DNA of 63,935 nucleotides, filler included, from Reclinomonas americana ATCC 50394 (lineage: Eukaryota), in NCBI GenBank assembly GCA_048213135.1. It is 9 parts of 3 records of this genome, joined end to end, with 100 filler letters (N's around TTAATTAATTAA, not from the genome) between each part and the next. Parts side by side here need not be neighbours in the genome. Positions count along the whole stretch, not along the records: positions 7,400 to 13,875 come from PS015147.1; positions 13,976 to 24,432 come from PS015147.1; positions 24,533 to 37,414 come from PS015147.1; 6 more parts are not named here. The stretch is one strand, 5' to 3'. A program made the translations under genes and the position numbers. The notes beneath the pieces were generated by a model, which saw only the letters and a list, made by a program, of their open reading frames with translations, searched no databases and was not told where the DNA came from. Positions 12,501 through 24,864 of this stretch are shown piece after piece (the stretch's first letter is position 1; every line of letters starts with the position of its first letter).

Positions 12501-13804
12501 TTCGTCTCTTCTTCATCTTTCTGTTGATTCTCTCGGTTCAACCACTCACCGACGCCCACTGCGAGACATCATTCCAGGTCAATTCATCGTCACTGGAAAT
12601 CTCCACCACACCGCCATCAAATGCTTCGGACGTGTCCGCGTAGTACTCAAACGAGTACGCGTGATCAAAGGTGACAACAAAGGCCTTTGTAGGATCACTC
12701 GACACGACCACCGGGGGCGACTGCAGCCACGTGTCGCTGGTAAAAGCAGAGTCCTCGCCGTAGAATAGTGAATTGCCGAACGTAGGCGTGATAATGTACC
12801 ACGCATTCGCAGTGCCACCAGCCTTCCACACTCCCTGGATATAGGGCGTGTCCACAGTCTCTGTCGCGGAAAGCGCTGGTGCGTATTCCACGCTGACAAG
12901 ACTTACAAACGAGCCGACTGTCTCACGGCACGCCTTGTCACCGGTGATCGACACATGGCCTTGCAGTAAAATCGGATCGATGTTGCGCAACGATGACGCT
13001 AGGTGGAACGAGAAATCGATTGTTGTCGACTGTCCAAAAGACGGCACAGGAACAATCTTGGACAGCACGGCAAACTCCACGTCGGCAGGTGTGTTGGGAT
13101 CCGCAACGAGCGTCACCGTCATTGTTGTGTTGATGCCAGTAAAGTATTGGGGATTGCGAACAACCACTCGCACCACACCCTCCTCACCGGCTTGCTGCGA
13201 GCATTTGTGCACAGATACGAGAGAGTGAGCTGGTGGGAAGCGTAAGAATGGTGTCGGATGCGAAAATGAACGCACGCACCACCAAGCCATCGTGATTGCA
13301 GTTCACAGCACCCTCTTCCACGCTCGCTTGGTCCACCACAATACTGAACTTGGACCAATCATTGTCAAACGACTCAACCACATCAGAGTTGTCATACTGC
13401 GTCGGCGAGGCCGCGCATGCACCTGAGTGTGGACAACTTGTTAGTAAGGCTCAGTGGCATGAACAGGCAGTGACAAGAACAGGCAGGGCTTACCGAGTCC
13501 GCGCACAGCAAATGCTGCAGCCATAGTTACTGCGTCTGCTGGGTTCACAACGCTGGTCGCCATCAGCAATGCATCACGCTGCTGTGTAAATGTGGCATCG
13601 GCTGGTGTGATCAGCAAGCCGGCCACCACGTAGTCGGCCATGGCGCGCTTGACTTGCGCAAAGGTGCGACCATAGGCGTTCTTGTGGAGGTTGATGTAGG
13701 CCTGCATGAAGGAGGAGAGGGGAAGAAGTGAGTAAATGGAGAAGGAGTGGGATGAAATCCAAACACAGACGGACCTTCAACGAGAGACACAGACAGACGG
13801 AGAC

Positions 13805-13875
<71 letters not shown>

Positions 13876-16312
13876 NNNNNNNNNNNNNNNNNNNNNNNNN
13901 NNNNNNNNNNNNNNNNNNNTTAATTAATTAANNNNNNNNNNNNNNNNNNNNNNNNNNNNNNNNNNNNNNNNNNNNGAAGAAAAAGCGAAGGGCGGAAGAA
14001 AAGGAGTGAAGGGATACGCGAATTATGAGGTGGAATGAGAAAAATGGAATGATTTTGCCTTCCGCTTCATCCTTTTCCCATCCCTCCCAGCTTACCTCAA
14101 ACATGGCACTTGCCCAGATCTCACCCACATTGTGAAGCTCGGAATTCGATATGCCGTAGCTCGCAACGGGGCCAACGGGCACTGGTGGAGTGAACAGGAA
14201 GGGCACGTTGTCGGAGATGTACTTGAACGTCAACGGGTTCTTGCTCTTGTCAACCGAATACGGAAGACGCCGGACGCCAAAGTACGCGTCGAGCACGACA
14301 TAAGCGGCGATGGCATACGTTCCGTCCAGGCTGTCGCCCTCACGCAACACCTGGTGCAGGGCGACAAAGTCTGCGATGCCTTCCGACATGGAGTCACACT
14401 GTATGCTGCCGCACTGCGCGAGGCGGTGATGGAGATAGTGGCCCCACTCGTGACTGGTGCTCGTGTCCAGCGCACTGGCACGTGTCCTCGCTGGCTTCAA
14501 CTCTCCAGTCACAGTTCCGTTGCTGCTGTTGAGAATGGCGAGCAGAGCGTTACCGTCGGTGTTGCCGATCGATACAGTCGGGATGTTCACAGACGGCGCA
14601 AATAATTCAGAAGGGATATCTATTGCGGGATCGAAGGTGTTAATAATCAGCATGCCGACGGCACCCGCTTGCTCGGCGAGGGCGGCCTGGGTCTGCGGAC
14701 TGCATATGTAACCAGCACTCTGAATAAGCGCAATGGATCCAGTCACATTCTCCGTCACGGCTGCGCACGCCGCGGGATCGATGGTCGCCGCCACAATCGG
14801 GGCAGACACCTTCGCTCGTGTGCGTGTGCGTGTGCGTGTGTGAGTGGCACATTGTGAACGCACGACGAGGGACATCCACGAACCGAATATACCACCGGGC
14901 TAAAACCCGCCGTGCGAGTTGGGTACGACACACCCGGCGGTGTCACCAGCACACGTGGACCGGAATCGCCGGTGACACCGACGGTTGAAAGAAACAATTG
15001 CATGCGTGGGTGCATGCCATCAGACGGAGTCGACATGTTGGCGTTGTCCACACCGCCGAAGTCCTGCGCCTCCGCCTTCATCGAATCACCGCCCACACCA
15101 CCGCGTCCGTAGTTGTCGTTCTGCGCGTTGCCGGCCGCCTCATCGAACCCAGAGTCGTACCAGTAGTTGTGCAGGAAGTTGATGGTGTAAAACAACTGCG
15201 TAACATCGGCCATGGTCTGGCTCTGCGACGCCAGCGCATCTTTCGTCTCGTCGTAGACGTAGTCGAAGGTGTTTGGTGAAGTGATGGTGGCACGCAAGTC
15301 GCCCGCACTGAATCCGTCGGGTGACGCCAAGTCGGCGTACGCGTCCACATTATTACCGCGCGTCTCTGTGGCACCCGATGGCAGCCACGGGTCGTTAAAC
15401 TTGTTGAACGAGTCCATCGAAACAAGCGACTGTGGCACGAAAGCCGGGAACAGGCCGTCGGGCATGCCAGTGGGATGCGGCGTCCAATCCTCTGTTGGGC
15501 CGTCGGCCGGCAGTTTGTCGCCGTCGGTGCGCGCCCACACGCGGTAGTTGAAGGTCTCACTGGCAGTGAGGTTGGCCGACTCGAGCACGTGCCACGAGTC
15601 GCTGGCGATGACGAAGCGGAAGACGGAGGGTGATGCGGTGGTGGAGGAGGTAGCGTCAAACTCGACAAAGAAGGCCGGGAGGAGGGTGCCGGAGGGGGTG
15701 GGGAAGAAGGCCTGCTCATAAGGGAAAGGGAGGGTGAGCGGGAAGGAGAAGGGGAAAGGGGAAGGGGAAAGGGAAGGGAGAGGGGAACAGAGAGGGGAAC
15801 AGATAGGGGAAGGGGGAGGGGAAGAGGAAGGGGCAGGAAAGAAAGAAGGGCGCAGAACCACGGGGGAGGGAGAGGGCGAGAGACGAGATGAGATAAAGTG
15901 AGAGAGAAAATGATGGGAGCTTGTGGCTTGCACAGCGATAAGAGAGGAAAGAGGAGAGAAAATGAAGGAATAGGATGAGGAATGAGGAACGAGGTGATGA
16001 CAGAAAAAGGCAGGGCAAAGTGAACGAGAAAGCTGGTACGAAGGAGAACGACGACGGAGAGCATCGGCAGAGTAACAAGGATGATCTCCTTCAGCTTCAT
16101 GCACAGTGCGCTGAGCAAAGGATACGCGGAGAGGAGAGAAGGGCGCAGAAGGGAATGAGAGAAAAAGTGTGCCCACGTGAGCGAGAAAGCATGTCAAGAG
16201 ACAACAGTGAAATGCTGATCCACCTAGCGCCAAGCGCAGAGACTGTGTGTGCGTGTGCGTGTGTGAGAGAGAGAGGAGACGTAGGGAGACGAGAGAGATA
16301 AGAGTGACAAAG

Positions 16313-16375
<63 letters not shown>

Positions 16376-17921
16376 AGAGAGAGAGAGAGACNNNNNNNNN
16401 NNNNNNNNNNNNNNNNNNNNNNNNNNNNNNNNNNNNNNNNNNNNNNNNNNNNNNNNNNNNNNNNNNNNNNNNNNNNNNNNNNNNNNNNNNNNNNNNNNNN
16501 NNNNNNNNNNNNNNNNNNNNNNNNNNNNNNNNNNNNNNNNNNNNNNNNNNNNNNNNNNNNNNNNNNNNNNNNNNNNNNNNNNNNNNNNNNNNNNNNNNNN
16601 NNNNNNNNNNNNNNNNNNNNNNNNNNNNNNNNNNNNNNNNNNNNNNNNNNNNNNNNNNNNNNNNNNNNNNNNNNNNNNNNNNNNNGCCGTGCGGACTGCG
16701 GACAGACACCGACGCGCCCTCACTCGTGTACAGCCACACATCGCTGTGCAAACCGTGGCGCGTGAACTCCTCCACGCGCACATCGTCGACGCTGACGGCA
16801 TTGTCGGCGCCGAAGTGAGCGTTCAGCGCAGCGACCAGGGCCAGCTTGTACTGTCCGACGTCGACGTCGGCGGGCACCGCGAAGGCGCCATCGACAGACG
16901 AGGAGGCGACGTGGTGCTCGGAGGAGGGCGTGAAGGAGGCAACGTCAACCAGCGATCCAGTGGCCGACAGCAACTGGAACGAAGTCGGGTGGAGAAGCAT
17001 GCGAACTTCGCTGTTCAACACCTCGACACCGTGGACCGACTGGCGGACGTGTGCGGCCGCGACACGCCCACCGTGCAGTGAGGTAACCACACGAGCCACA
17101 TGCAGGGAGACGGAGGCGGACTCGGCTGCGAGCGGGGGAAGGCACAGAGTAAGCACACATCGAACAGAATTCAATTTCCAAGAGCTGCACAAGCTCGGAA
17201 AAACTGTGTGTGCAATGATTCGACGGAAACCAAGCAAGACCACACGCACGATGGCATCACACGGGTTGCCGACATGGGCGAGTGGGTGGTCAAGGAAGAG
17301 CGACGTAGAGAGCGCGGAGAGAATCGGTGTGCGTTAACGTTAAAACATGCAAGCTGACACGAACACGGCCACCGACACGCAGCGCTGCGCAACGCGCGTG
17401 CGGATCCGGAGGGACATTAAACACAGAGAGACGTTTCTGCCTCCTCTTTCTCTCTGTATCACTCACCAGCAGGTGTCGCGTGCACTCCAAAGCTGTGCTG
17501 ACGGCGAGTGCGAGTCGAAGAAGTGGTGGCCACGGACATTTCCACTTGTACACCCACGAGACGACGCACGTGAATCAGCGCCGCATCCTCAACCGTGCGC
17601 ACACTCGCTGGTAGCACGTCGTGATGCGCCGACGAGGTAGAAGAGGAGCTCGAGTGAGTGGCGTGGAATGAGAGGTGAATGCGCGAGGAGGGCGCGCGGT
17701 TCCACTGTGCATCATTGTCAGCAGGAAATACTTGAGTCGTGATAAACGCGCGTGTGTGTGTGTGTTTTCTGTGTGCGTGTTCGTTGCGTGTGCGCATCAA
17801 AACTGAAACGCACCGAGGGAGAGCTAGGGTCGCGCGAGAGGGCACTCGCAGTTAACACAGTGAGTGCGCCCACAACGAGAACCAGCGTCAGCATGGCGGA
17901 ATGCCGAATATCGAAGCGCAT
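9569..17921 (-). CDS. Secreted M36 (fungalysin-like) zinc metallopeptidase with propeptide, PA insert, beta-sandwich domain and C-terminal EGF-like/Cys-rich repeats; multi-exon
   Basis: Signal-like MLTLVLVVGALTVLTASA; ETRGNNVDAY; GFDEAAGNAQ.DNYGRGG; NANMSTPSDG..PRMQ; PA-like AEQAGAVGMLIIN; HEWGH followed by MSEGIADF; GVRRLPYS; ELHNVGEIWA; AFAVRGLG; DGGVVEIS..GWLIDNV; CxC..W/F.G..C repeats. MFE|AYINL splices across the 13876 linker. Confidence 0.88.
10085..10310. repeat. Imperfect (CAGCA)n microsatellite in an intron of the M36 gene
   Basis: Visible pentamer repeats; they account for the spurious CCAVL ORFs. Confidence 0.9.
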
Positions 17922-18236
17922 CGCGATTCCGCTGCCCGCATCGCGATCGAGTGAGTGAGGCCATGGGGGAGAGAGGAAGAGAAATGGAGAGGGAGAAAGG
18001 GAAAGAGGGTGTGTCAACTCACCAAATGCTGAAATGACGAAGTGGCGAAAAGCACTTCGAATTCGAATTCACGATTTATTCCGATGAGCGCCGCTTGCTC
18101 GAAAGACGACCGTACCGATTCACTGCCAGTGCATGCCTAAGGTTTATTTGTCATCACAAACATGATCGCTGCGCGTGTTGAATGCATCAGGGATCCGGAT
18201 TTCGTCAACAACAGCCGCACACATATACATTCACAC

Positions 18237-19064
18237 CTTTGCTGTCACTCTCCCTCTGTGTGTGTGTGTGTGTATGTGTGTGTGTGTGTGTGTATGTGTG
18301 TGTGTGTGAGAGAGAGAGAGAAGCACTCTGTTCATTCGGCGGAACATCCATCAACTCTCTCGCGCACTTGTCAGCGTGCGCCTCGCGGTGCTTCCTCTCT
18401 GCATCCTCGTCATGGTGCTCCCTTCTCAACCTGCGCTGTGAGTGAGATGTTGCGGCGTTGAATGTGCATGCATGACGCGCCTGTTCAACTCGACACGCCT
18501 TGAGCATCAACCCTCTCCTGGGTGGAGAGGCAACACCACACGATTCAGAAAGAGAGTAACGCGGCAGCGCAACTCGTGACTGCCCCAGTTGTCAAGGCGC
18601 ACATGCAGAAACGAGTGTGCAGGGCAAGTGCACACCCTCTCCCCGTGGCGAGCGGGGGCGAGAAGGGTGGCCATCTGAATCGATGCTTGTGCTATCAATG
18701 GTCATGCGGTGCCCCTGTGAGAACGGAGGCGACAATGATGCCACTGGCCGCTGCTTCAAAAGCGACACGGGAGGTCTCCACATTGCGGTCAAATGACAAG
18801 GCGACATGAAGGCACAAGCACAAAGCGTGTGTGGACCGGTGAGCGCAGCGCGTGTCTGTTCATTCCTTGGTCTCACGTTTACCACCTACACACACCTCGC
18901 ACTCGGGATACTCTTGTTACAATCCCACTGCATTACGCTGTGTCTGCTTTCTGGCTTCCTCCACTTCGCAGGGCAACCCCAGCGTGCGCACGAAGCAGTG
19001 TGGCAGTCAACAAGACAGAGTGGCGCGCAACAACAGCAATTGGCCTTTGTACATTCACTAAAGC
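18237..19064. repeat. Spacer A copy ending in an orphan degenerate leader (GTGACAGCAAAG|GTGTGA, 18248-18237) with no WD40 exon downstream
   Basis: Colinear with 1321-2228. The ATG has become GTG, and sequence left of about 18210 is unique. Confidence 0.85.
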
Positions 19065-20267
19065 TCACTCCGTCCAGCTCCAACCAGGCGCACGGTGTTC
19101 AATAACCGCTGCATCCTCCGACACAAAACACCGCAGCACGACATCGACCAGGATCCAGTCACGATCGCTATCGTCATCTTCTTCGGCAAGCAGCTCGTTG
19201 ACGGCCTGCACGGCTGATCGTGCGGCCGCAAGCTCTTGCCGCGCCAGCCCACGCGGCGTGGACCACACTCGGATCGTCTCGTCAGAACTGCCACTCAGAA
19301 TGTGCTGCCCGTCGGGTGTCACTGCCACGCACGACACCCATCCAGTGTGTCCCTCCAACCGCCGCACTTCCTCGCCACTTGCCACCGACCACACCCGTAC
19401 AGTTTGATCCCAACTGCCACTAACAATGAGCTGGTCATCGGGTGCTACAGCCACTGCACATACCCCACGCGTGTGGCCTTCCAGTCGGCGCACCTCCTTG
19501 CCACTTGCCACCGACCACACTCGGACTGTCTTGTCATCGCTGCCGCTCACGACGTGCTGGCCATCGGGTGCTACAGCCACTGCACATACCCCACGCGTGT
19601 GGCCTTCCAGTCGGCGCACCTCCTTGCCACTTGCCACCGTCCACACTCGGACTGTCTTGTCATCACTGCCGCTCACGACGTGCTGGCCATCGGGAGTAAC
19701 AGCGACAGACCGTATCTCGTCAGCGTGTCCCTCCAGCTGTCGCACCTCATCGCCACTTCCCAGCAACCACACTCGGACTGTGTAGTCTCCACACCCACTG
19801 ACAATGTGCTGACCATCTGGGGTGACGGCGACAGACGTCACCGCGTCGGTGTGTCCCTCCAACTGTCGCACTTCATCGCCTCTTGCCAGGGACCACACAC
19901 GTACGGTACTGTCTCCACACCCACACACCATTTGCTTGCCATCGGGGGTGACAGCGATAGAGAACACCATGTAAGTGTGTCCCTCCAGCTGTCGCACCTC
20001 ATCGCTACTTGCCAGTGACCACACACGAACTGTGTCGTCCGCACACCCACCGACAATGTGCTTGCCATCGGGAGTGACGGCGACGGATCGCACTGTTGCG
20101 AAACTCTGAATGATCTGCGTCGACCACTCGCGATGAGACGCATGCACAGCAACATTCAAAGACACACACACACACACACAACAACACAAAGAACAACACA
20201 AGCACACGAATGCACGCACAGACGACAACAACGCAAAGTGCGCACACATTCACACCTTTGTGTCCAT
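19065..20267 (-). CDS. Intact stand-alone 7-bladed WD40 protein, about 353 aa (exons 20267-20256 and 20114-19065)
   Basis: ATGGACACAAAG|GTGTGA, a 141-nt intron, GCAG|ATCATT, then seven ~42-aa repeats and a tail ending APGWSWTE-stop, with an open frame throughout. Confidence 0.92.
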
Positions 20268-20378
20268 TCTCCGTGTGCGTGAGTGCGTGCGTGCGTGCGT
20301 GCGTGAGTGAGTGAGTGAGTGAGTGAGTGAGTGAGTGAGTGAGTGAGTGAGTGAGTGTGTGTGTGTGTGCGCGTGTGA

Positions 20379-20411
<33 letters not shown>

Positions 20412-21077
20412 GCTCTGATTCATCCGACGGAACATCAACAACCTCTTTCTCTCGCGCGCGTGTGTGTACGTGCGACTCGCGGTGCTCTCTGTGTCTCATT
20501 GCCTCCTGTGTCTCTCCGCATCCCCGTCGTGGTGCTGCTTTCACAATCTGCGATGTGAGCAAGATGTTGCGGCATAGAATGCGTGCACGCATGCATGCCG
20601 AGCCTTTTCATCTCGGCCGAGCCACGCACGTGAGTTGAGTGGAGAGGCAACAGCACACGATTCAGAAAGAGAGTCGCGAGGCAGCACCAGCACGTGAGTG
20701 GGGTGCGTCACACCAGTTGTCAGGGCACACAGGCGTGTGCAGGAAACGAGTGCGCAGGGCAAGTACACCCTCTCTCTCTCTCNNNNNNNNNNNNNNNNNN
20801 NNNNNNNNNNNNNNNNNNNNNNNNNNNNNNNNNNNNNNNNNNNNNNNNNNNNNNNNNNNNNNNNNNNNNNNNNNNNNNNNNNNNNNNNNNNNNNNNNNNN
20901 NNNNNNNNNNNNNNNNNNNNNNNNNNNNNNNNNNNNNNNNNNNNNNNNNNNNNNNNNNNNCCGAACCGACGACGTACGTACGGTAGGGTGGGTCGGTCGT
21001 ACGACCACGTACGTTCGTACGGACGGACGACGACGACGCGTGTCGCGACGAACGAGTCGCGCGACGACGACGACTAC

Positions 21078-21123
<46 letters not shown>

Positions 21124-21366
21124 CGTGGCCTGTGTGGCGAAAAGAGTAGCCATCTGAATCAATGCTTGATGCGCTCACCATGTTCATGCGATGCCAGAGT
21201 GAAAAGAGGAGGCGGGCAGTGATGCTGCTTCAGAAAGCAACCACGCCGCGTTCGAATGACAGGGCGACATGGGCGGATGTCGATATGTGAGCGAGGACTC
21301 GCTGAACGGTAAGCAGCGCGCGTGTCTGTCGCCGTTCCATGTCCTCATCTCATCCACCCACACACC
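20268..21366. repeat. Spacer A copy upstream of the intact WD40 gene (gap inside)
   Basis: Same conserved blocks as the other A copies; similarity ends near 21366. Confidence 0.85.
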
Positions 21367-21604
21367 AGAGACGTCTTCGACGTCAAATTTAAATGCAGAC
21401 AGATGGTAGACGACATGCACCTTGTGCGGTAAGAAAGTTAGATCGCGATCATCTGGGATGGAGAAGTCCCGAGCAGCGACTCGAGACGTGTCAGCAAGCG
21501 ACGGGAGGACAAGTGTTCGGAAAAACGAGATCCGCAAAATCGAACACGCACACACCACCACCAACAAGCGCCACCACTCTTCCAACCCCGTGTACCAAAC
21601 AACA

Positions 21605-22137
21605 ATGTCCACCAACCGTGGTGAGTGGTGCCGTGCTGGCTTCAGCTTCATACTCTCCTTTGTTGTTTGTCTGATAATTTCTCCACCTCCCCTCTTCGCA
21701 GTCACCTCTCGTCTCCTTGTGACGCTGTTGTGTGTCATCATCCTGCTCGTCGGCGTCTCGCATGGTGAGTCGCACGACGTGCATGGATGTACTCGCGTGT
21801 TGTGGGCGCGGTTGTTGAGAGTGTGTGTGTAAATGGCGGACGGAGCCGCGCACCATGTCGCGCCCGATCTTAAACTGTTTTCTGTGTAACCAGGTGTGCC
21901 TCTGCCGGTCAGGCAAATCTCCACCGGCTTCAAGGGGACGTCCATTGCACCGCCGGTGGGTACTGGCGTCACGTACTCGCAAGACGACCACTGGAGTGTC
22001 TCGTTGAACGGCCAATCAGCCACGAAGGCTTACGTGAGCAACCCTTCGCTGTGCTACTCGACCATTTGCTGGGACTCTGCCTCTGCGGCCTCTGCGTGGG
22101 TGACTCCATGTGAGTAGTCGAGATCGGATTCTGTGCT

Positions 22138-22180
<43 letters not shown>

Positions 22181-24432
22181 GTCGCGGTCGGTCTCTGTCT
22201 ATCTGCGTGTCTCTCATAAAGCACCAGTCTTCCCGTCTGTCTCTTTACGTCTCTCTGTGCTCCTCCTCCTCAACCATTCTCTCTCTCTCTCTCTTTCCCC
22301 ATCGATATCCATTTGCCTCTCTCGCACAGCCAGCAGCAGCACGGCTCCGTTTGTGTGGGACGACAAGACATTGCAGTACACGACCAGTTTCGACATGACA
22401 GGCTACGATCCGAGCAAGGCAATTCTGCAGATTCGAATCGAGGGCGATCCCATTCCTGCCAACCCGACGACCGCCTTTGTACAACTGACGCCTGCCGGCA
22501 CCTCCAACGTGATCACAGTGCCATATCCTGCGTGGTTATACAGCAGTACGTATTTGCTGTCCAACCATCCGTGGGTGACGGTAGATGGTTGGGCCCCCAA
22601 GGCCGGTAATGTGCTGTCGGTGAAAATCTACAATGGCGCCAACGGCACCGGACTCCGAGTGGAAGCGCAATGTGAGTGTGCAGCATGCTTGCGGCGTCAT
22701 GACTGGCTGCGCACTCTTACTAACTTCCCAAACCGTGCATGCAGTGCTCTGCAAAACAAGCGCATGCGCGGCGCCATTGACGTGCTGCGTCGGCCTGTGC
22801 CAGGACCTCCTCCACGATGTCAACAACTGCGGCACGTGCGATAAAGTGTGCCCCGTTGCGTTGACTGTGATCACGAGACAATCTCCCTCCCATGACCATA
22901 ATCTCATTCATCTACCGTTCATTGCCCGCCTTCCTGCGCCCGCCCTTCCTTCCCTTCTTCTTCTTCTTCTTTTCCCACAGAACCCTCAAGCATGCTGCCG
23001 AGGCGCGTGTACAGATCTGACTTCGAGTATCAACAACTGCGGCGCGTGTGGCAAGATTTGCGGTCCGGCAGATTCCTGTTGCGCTGGTGTGTGCACCAGT
23101 GTGCTCAGCATGCAGACGGATCCCAAGAACTGCGGCAAATGCGGCAACGTGNNNNNNNNNNNNNNNNNNNNCGCCGCCGGTCAGGACTGCTGCAACGGCG
23201 TGTGCTACACCATCAGCAACTACGCCACCGACGCCAAGAACTGCGGCAAATGCGGCAACGTGTGCCCCACTGGCCAGTCGTGCTGCAACGGCGTCTGCAC
23301 CAATCTCAGCAACACCGCCAGCAACTGCGGCACTTGTGGATAGTCGTGCGCCGCCGGTCAGGTCTGCTGCAACGGCTTGTGTGTCTTCCCCAGCGCCTTT
23401 ACGTTTGACAGCAAGAACTGCGGTTCTTGCGGCTTCGTGTGCCCCGCCGCTGGCCAGTCATGCTGCTACGGCAAGTGCGTCTTTGTGAGCAGCAATTCGA
23501 GCAACTGTGGCACCTGCGGCAAGACGTGCGCCACCGGTCAGTCGTGCTGTAACGGCGTCTGCGTCAGTACCCAGAGCTTCGCCACGGACGCCAAGAATTG
23601 TGGCACGTGCGGGCATGTGTGCCCGCTGTCGGCACCCAATTGCTGCAGCGGATCGTGCGTGGCACCGACCAATGATCCGCTGAAATGCGGTCCGTGCGCC
23701 AATATACAGTGTCTTCCCGGTCGTGCCTGCTGCAGCGGCGTCTGTATCAATCTCAGCAACGACACCAGCAACTGTGGTACTTGTGGGAAACCGTGCGCTC
23801 CCGGTCAGGACTGCTGCAACGGTGTGTGTTACGCGATCAGCAACTACGCCACCGACGTCAAAAACTGCGGCAAATGCGGCAACGTGTGCCCCACTGGTCA
23901 GCCGTGCTGCGCCNNNNNNNNNNNNNNNNNNNNNNNNNNNNNNNNNNNNNNNNNNNNNNNNNNNNNNNNNNNNNNNNNNNNNNNNNNNNNNNNNNNNNNN
24001 NNNNNNNNNNNNNNNNNNNNNNNNNNNNNNNNNNNNNNNNNNNNNNNNNNNNNNNNNNNNNNNNNNNNNNNNNNNNNNNNNNNNNNNNNNNNNNNNNNNN
24101 NNNNNNNNNNNNNNNNNNNNNNNNNNNNNNNNNNNNNNNNNNNNNNNNNNNNNNNNNNNNNNNNNNNNNNNNNNNNNNNNNNNNNNNNNNNNNNNNNNNN
24201 NNNNNNNNNNNNNNNNNNNNNNNNNNNNNNNNNNNNNNNNNNNNTGCTGCCGGCCAGGACTGCTGCAACAGCGTGTGCTACACCATCAGCAACTACGCCA
24301 CCGACGCCAAGAACTGCGGCAAATGCGGCAACGTATGCCCCACTGGCCAGTCGTGCTGCAACGGCGTCTGCACCAATCTCAGCAACAACGCCAACAACTG
24401 TGGCACCTGTGGCAAGACGTGCGCCACCGGTC
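21605..24432 (+). CDS. Secreted protein: signal peptide, beta-rich N-domain and many STIG1-like Cys-rich repeats; in-frame TAG at 23341; 3' incomplete
   Basis: Spliced MSTNRV-TSRLLVTLLCVIILLVGVSHG-VPLP start. Repeats of the form D.KNCG.CG.VC..GQ.CC.G.C. The N-domain contains YTTSFDMTGYDPSKA...NGANGTGLRVE. Confidence 0.8.
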
Positions 24433-24532
24433 NNNNNNNNNNNNNNNNNNNNNNNNNNNNNNNNNNNNNNNNNNNNTTAATTAATTAANNNNNNNNNNNN
24501 NNNNNNNNNNNNNNNNNNNNNNNNNNNNNNNN

Positions 24533-24840
24533 CCTGGGGTGATGGCGACAGAAAACACCACATCAGAGTGTCCCGTCAGCCGGCGCACAGCCTCGCCACT
24601 TGCCAGAGACCACATTCGAACGGTGCTGTCCATGCACCCACCAACAATGTGCTTGCCATCGGGAGTGATGGCGACGGATCGCACCACTGCGAGACTCTGA
24701 ATGATCTGCGTCGATCATTCGCGGTGAGGCGCACATGCACAGCGACACAAACTACAACTGCACATACGCACGAGCACACCAATGAACACACAGACACCAA
24801 CTACGCAAAAGTGCGCACACATTCACACCTTGGTTGCCAT
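24533..24840 (-). CDS. WD40 family copy, 5' part (exon 1 24840-24829, exon 2 from 24705, cut by the contig end)
   Basis: MATK|IIQSLAVVRSVAITPDGKHIVGGCMDSTVRMWSLASGEAVRRLTGHSDVVFSVAITP. Confidence 0.85.
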
Positions 24841-24864
24841 TCTCCGTGCGTGCGTGCGTGCGTG

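Noticed and set aside
20961-21078. Odd ACG/TACG-rich stretch (similar at 55729-55755 and 57855-57893)
   Set aside because: It lies at contig ends beside long (CT)n tracts and resembles pyrosequencing flow-order noise. This also makes single-base indels elsewhere suspect.
18225-21366. LTR retrotransposon
   Set aside because: No gag/pol, primer-binding site, polypurine tract or TG..CA termini seen. The direct repeats are the array spacer.
23341-23343. Stop-codon reassignment
   Set aside because: It is a single case, one base from AAG, and TAG terminates the gene at 62929 normally.
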